Of a stretch of 36,078 nucleotides of DNA, positions 33,382 to 36,078 are shown one piece after another. The stretch is from Verrucomicrobiota bacterium (lineage in GTDB: Bacteria > Verrucomicrobiota > Verrucomicrobiia > Chthoniobacterales > UBA10450). The number at the start of each line of letters is the position of its first letter. Position 1 is the stretch's first letter. Made by a program: the position numbers and the translations under genes. The notes below the pieces were generated by a model. It was not told the DNA's origin and made no database searches. It was given only the letters and a program-made list of their open reading frames with translations. The stretch spans positions 1-36,078 of the forward strand of contig QHOW01000064.1 in the NCBI GenBank assembly GCA_003219435.1, given 5' to 3'.

Positions 33382-33996
33382 TTACGATGATTTGTATTTC
33401 ACCGAGCAACCGTATGGCTTGGTCTGCGGATTCGAAACCGGTTTGCCGCCGAGCGATTCGTCCAGCGCTGCTTTAACGTAGTTGGTCGAGCTCGGAATAT
33501 CGGCGGGATTCGGCGTGGCCTTGCTGTCGATCGCGCCTTCATAAACGATTTTTCCGTCGGGATTGATGATGACCATGTTCGGCGTGTTTTTCGCACCGTA
33601 GGCGCGGCCGACTTTGCCGTCCGTGTCGAGAAGCAACGCAGTCTGATGGGTCTTCCATGAGCTGGTCACTTTCTCTGCTTGCTCAGCCGATAGATTGCCT
33701 TCCGTCCCAGGCGCGTTGGAATCGATGGTCAGCCAGGCGACACCTTTGCTCGTAAATTCCTTTTGCAGATTCTGCATGTTGCCGCCGCCGTAATGTTTTT
33801 TTACGAACGGACATTCCGGATTGAACCATTCGAGCACGACGTATTTCCCTTTGTAATCCGCGAGCGAATGCGTTTTGCCCTTTGCGTCGGTAAGCGAGAA
33901 CTCCGGCGCCGCACTGCCAACCTGAGGCGCATCCAACGCGAAAGCCGCTGTGGCTACCAATGAAGCTAAAATCGTGAGGATCGTTTTTGTATTCAT
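33382..33996 (-). CDS. Secreted thioredoxin-fold redoxin (AhpC/TSA / TlpA-like family)
   Basis: Signal peptide MNTKTILTILASLVATAAFA. Also APEFSLTDAKGKTHSLADYKGKYVVLEWFNPECPFV and the thioredoxin-fold core (TPNMVIINPDGKIVYEG). Confidence 0.8.
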   Translation of the reverse strand: MNTKTILTILASLVATAAFALDAPQVGSAAPEFSLTDAKGKTHSLADYKGKYVVLEWFNPECPFVKKHYGGGNMQNLQKEFTSKGVAWLTIDSNAPGTEGNLSAEQAEKVTSSWKTHQTALLLDTDGKVGRAYGAKNTPNMVIINPDGKIVYEGAIDSKATPNPADIPSSTNYVKAALDESLGGKPVSNPQTKPYGCSVKYKSS

Positions 33997-34085
33997 AAAT
34001 TTATTAGAAACGAAAGGGCTTAAGATGGTTCAATTTTCTTGAGAATGACATCTTGGCAAGGAACTGGAGAAATACAAATGCAGCC

Positions 34086-34139
34086 AATGACGAAGCTCGA
34101 ATGACAAATGACAAAGAAATGACGAATGACGAAAAATGA
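34086..34139. repeat. Solo arm of AATGACG heptads, followed by a REP-like GC-rich segment
   Basis: AATGACG AAGCTCG AATGACA AATGACA AAGA AATGACG AATGACG, then TAGGGCGC ... with the 14-nt palindrome CCCGCCGCGGCGGG (34160..34173). No complementary arm lies within 150 nt. Confidence 0.7.
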
Positions 34140-34238
34140 TAGGGCGCAACCGTAGCTTGCCCGCCGCGGCGGGGGCGCGCCGGGGATTGGGCCATGGGAT
34201 GTTCCGGGATTCGCGAGCACTTCGCCATGCGTCCTGGG

Positions 34239-34673
34239 TCAGCTGCTGAACTTCGCGGCCAGGCTGCGAAGCCCAGCGAGGAAATTGCGATTCATTAGCT
34301 CGACCAACTGCGCTTCGTGTTCCGGGTCGATCTCAAATCTGGAGGACCACTCAACGTAAGAGCGATCGCCATCGGTAATTGGCAGCACGCGCAGCGTGGT
34401 GCAATGATTGCGAACCGGAACCGGGGAGCCGACGAATGTGTACGCATAGAAACGCTCCGGGTCTGAAAGCGCGACGAGGACTTCGCGAAACACCGCGCCG
34501 TCTGTCTGGGTCACAACACGGACACATCCAACGCGCGCCGGATCCCCGCCATCTTCGATCGGACTTGATTTCACGAATGGCAGCCAATCGGCAGCTGCGT
34601 CAAATCGCCGAATGATCCCCCAGACTTTCTCCGTCGGCGCATCCACAACGCTACTAACAAAGATCCGCGGCAT
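34239..34673 (-). CDS. SRPBCC (START/polyketide cyclase-like) ligand-binding protein
   Basis: 144 aa. VVDAPTEKVWGIIRRFDAAADWLP is the typical first strand-helix of Polyketide_cyc2/SRPBCC proteins. Confidence 0.7.
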   Translation of the reverse strand: MPRIFVSSVVDAPTEKVWGIIRRFDAAADWLPFVKSSPIEDGGDPARVGCVRVVTQTDGAVFREVLVALSDPERFYAYTFVGSPVPVRNHCTTLRVLPITDGDRSYVEWSSRFEIDPEHEAQLVELMNRNFLAGLRSLAAKFSS

Positions 34674-34686
34674 TTACCCTAAAAAA

Positions 34687-36078
34687 TTATTGCGAGGCGA
34701 CCGCGCGCGACGCGGTTTCGAGTTTTTCCAGGACCATGCTTTTGGTGAGCAATTCAGGGAACACAATCGGGTCTCCCGATTTTCCCGGATAGAGGACGTA
34801 GAGCGGCACGCCTGGACGGCCGAATTGCTTCAATAACTTCGTGATCACAGGGTCGCCGTTGGTCCAATCGGCTTTCAATTTCACGATGGCATGACGCTGA
34901 AACGCCTCTCGCACCGCCTCGCTCTCGAGCACGTTGGCCTCGTTAAATTTGCAAGTGAGACACCAGGCAGCCGTGAAATCGACAAACACCGTATGACTCT
35001 GCCCCAGTTCAGTCTGCAACCGCGCGGGCGTGAATGGCTGCCAGCCGCCTCGGAGCTGTGAATCGGCTGAAGCAATGCTCGCCGACTGAAATTTCCCACC
35101 AATAAAATAAAGGCCACTTCCGAGGACGAGCACGAGCATGATTACCAGCACGACCGCTCGTTTCCGGGTCGATGCGGTGGGAACGATGAACGCGCCTTTC
35201 ATCCAACAGGCGATTCCGATCATCAACAGAAAGCAGCTGGCCCAGATCGCGCCTTCAAGACCGCGTTGCGCGCCGAGCACGTAAAGAAGAAACAGCAGCG
35301 TAGCCAGCAGCAGAAATCCCATGAATTGCTTCAAGTGCACCATCCAGGGGCCGGGCTTTGGCAGAAAACGCAGCCAGGCTGGATGGGCGCAGAGCGCCAA
35401 GTAGGGCGCGCTCATGCCGGCGGCGATCGCGACGAACATCGATAAAATGATGAGCGGGGGCTGCGCGAACGCAAAGCCGAGCGCTGTCCCTAAAAAAGGC
35501 GCAGTGCAGGGCGTCGCAAGAATGGTTGCAAAAAGTCCCTGCACAAACGAGCCCGCGTCGCCTTCGAGCCCGCTCCAACCAAGCAATCCGCGGGTGAGGC
35601 TTTGCGGTAGCGCAATTTCGAAAACACCGAACAAATCGAGCGCAAAGACAAGGACCACGACGCTCAAGGCGAGAACGAAATAGGGGTTCGTGAACTGAAA
35701 ACCGCCCCAGGTAATATCATGGCCGGCGGCTTTCAGCGCGATCAATAGTATCGCCAGACCAACGAACCAGGCAAAAATGCCTCCGGCAAAAGCAATCCCG
35801 CTGCGCAAAATTTTGCGCCGGCTTTGCCCCGCGTGTTGAATGAATCCGAAAATTTTGAGCGAGATAACCGGCAACACGCACGGCATCAAATTTAAGATGA
35901 TTCCCCCGAGGAATCCGAGGAAGAGAAACGTAAGAAGGCCCCGCGCCGGAGGCGGCTTGGTGACTGATGCCACCGGCGTTTCAGTGACACGCCACGCGGC
36001 ACGTTCGTTGTCATTTTCGCGCTGGCCAAAGACCACGAGGCCGTTGATGGAGGATGCGTCGCCAGTCTCAATCGGAAT
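34687..36078 (-). CDS. dsbD: Thiol:disulfide interchange protein DsbD (TM core plus C-terminal thioredoxin domain); the 5' end is outside the window
   Basis: LNLMPCVLPVISLKI and ATPCTAPFLGTALGFA are the two Cys-containing TM motifs. The C-terminal domain has FTAAWCLTCKFNE (CxxC). The frame stays open through 36078 (IPIETGDASSINGLVVFGQ...), so the track M at 36036 is an internal GTG. Confidence 0.9.
   Translation of the reverse strand: MPIETGDASSINGLVVFGQRENDNERAAWRVTETPVASVTKPPPARGLLTFLFLGFLGGIILNLMPCVLPVISLKIFGFIQHAGQSRRKILRSGIAFAGGIFAWFVGLAILLIALKAAGHDITWGGFQFTNPYFVLALSVVVLVFALDLFGVFEIALPQSLTRGLLGWSGLEGDAGSFVQGLFATILATPCTAPFLGTALGFAFAQPPLIILSMFVAIAAGMSAPYLALCAHPAWLRFLPKPGPWMVHLKQFMGFLLLATLLFLLYVLGAQRGLEGAIWASCFLLMIGIACWMKGAFIVPTASTRKRAVVLVIMLVLVLGSGLYFIGGKFQSASIASADSQLRGGWQPFTPARLQTELGQSHTVFVDFTAAWCLTCKFNEANVLESEAVREAFQRHAIVKLKADWTNGDPVITKLLKQFGRPGVPLYVLYPGKSGDPIVFPELLTKSMVLEKLETASRAVASQ

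Overview
This 36 kb window looks like core chromosome from a moderately GC-rich bacterium. By inference it is a member of the PVC group, most likely Verrucomicrobiota. That guess rests on gene content (for example RNase HIII) and on REP repeats whose translation reads GAHGVTRPT, both judged from memory and not from a database search.

About 37 protein genes can be supported, nearly all housekeeping:
- cysS (partial), ispF and an inositol monophosphatase
- a yicC-gmk-coaC-coaB operon
- mutY divergent from rnhC, and an HU/IHF protein
- a methyltransferase and a hybrid histidine kinase
- a processive GT2 glycosyltransferase, an L,D-transpeptidase and rpsT
- pdhA-pdhB-pdhC
- a DUF1232 protein, an O-methyltransferase, a dGTPase-like protein and a Lon N-domain protein
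- aroD and ribE
- an NhaD-type permease and a TonB-dependent receptor
- a secreted alpha/beta hydrolase
- a thiol-redox neighbourhood: DsbA-like protein, secreted redoxin, SRPBCC protein and dsbD (partial)

I found no rRNA, tRNA, CRISPR array, prophage or recognisable defence island.

The unusual content is non-coding. Almost every intergenic spacer holds short-period (7-10 nt) tandem repeats. Many are arranged as inverted pairs that predict very long hairpins, and they fall into at least three sequence families. Other observations:
- GC-rich REP elements with 11-bp terminal inverted repeats flank a frameshifted REP-associated tyrosine transposase (RAYT).
- A roughly 270-bp nested palindrome sits in the ribE/permease divergent region.
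- A duplicated promoter-like module with phased A-tracts lies upstream of the TonB receptor.
- A symmetric 18-mer lies directly upstream of both mutY and rnhC.
- An 18-codon lysine-rich micro-ORF has its own Shine-Dalgarno (SD) sequence and terminator.
- There is a truncated VKOR remnant coupled to the DsbA-like gene, and a decayed transposase-like relic.

I see no convincing multi-gene novel system. The repeat architecture is the most interesting signal. All coordinates of repeats and corrected starts were derived by hand and should be verified computationally.
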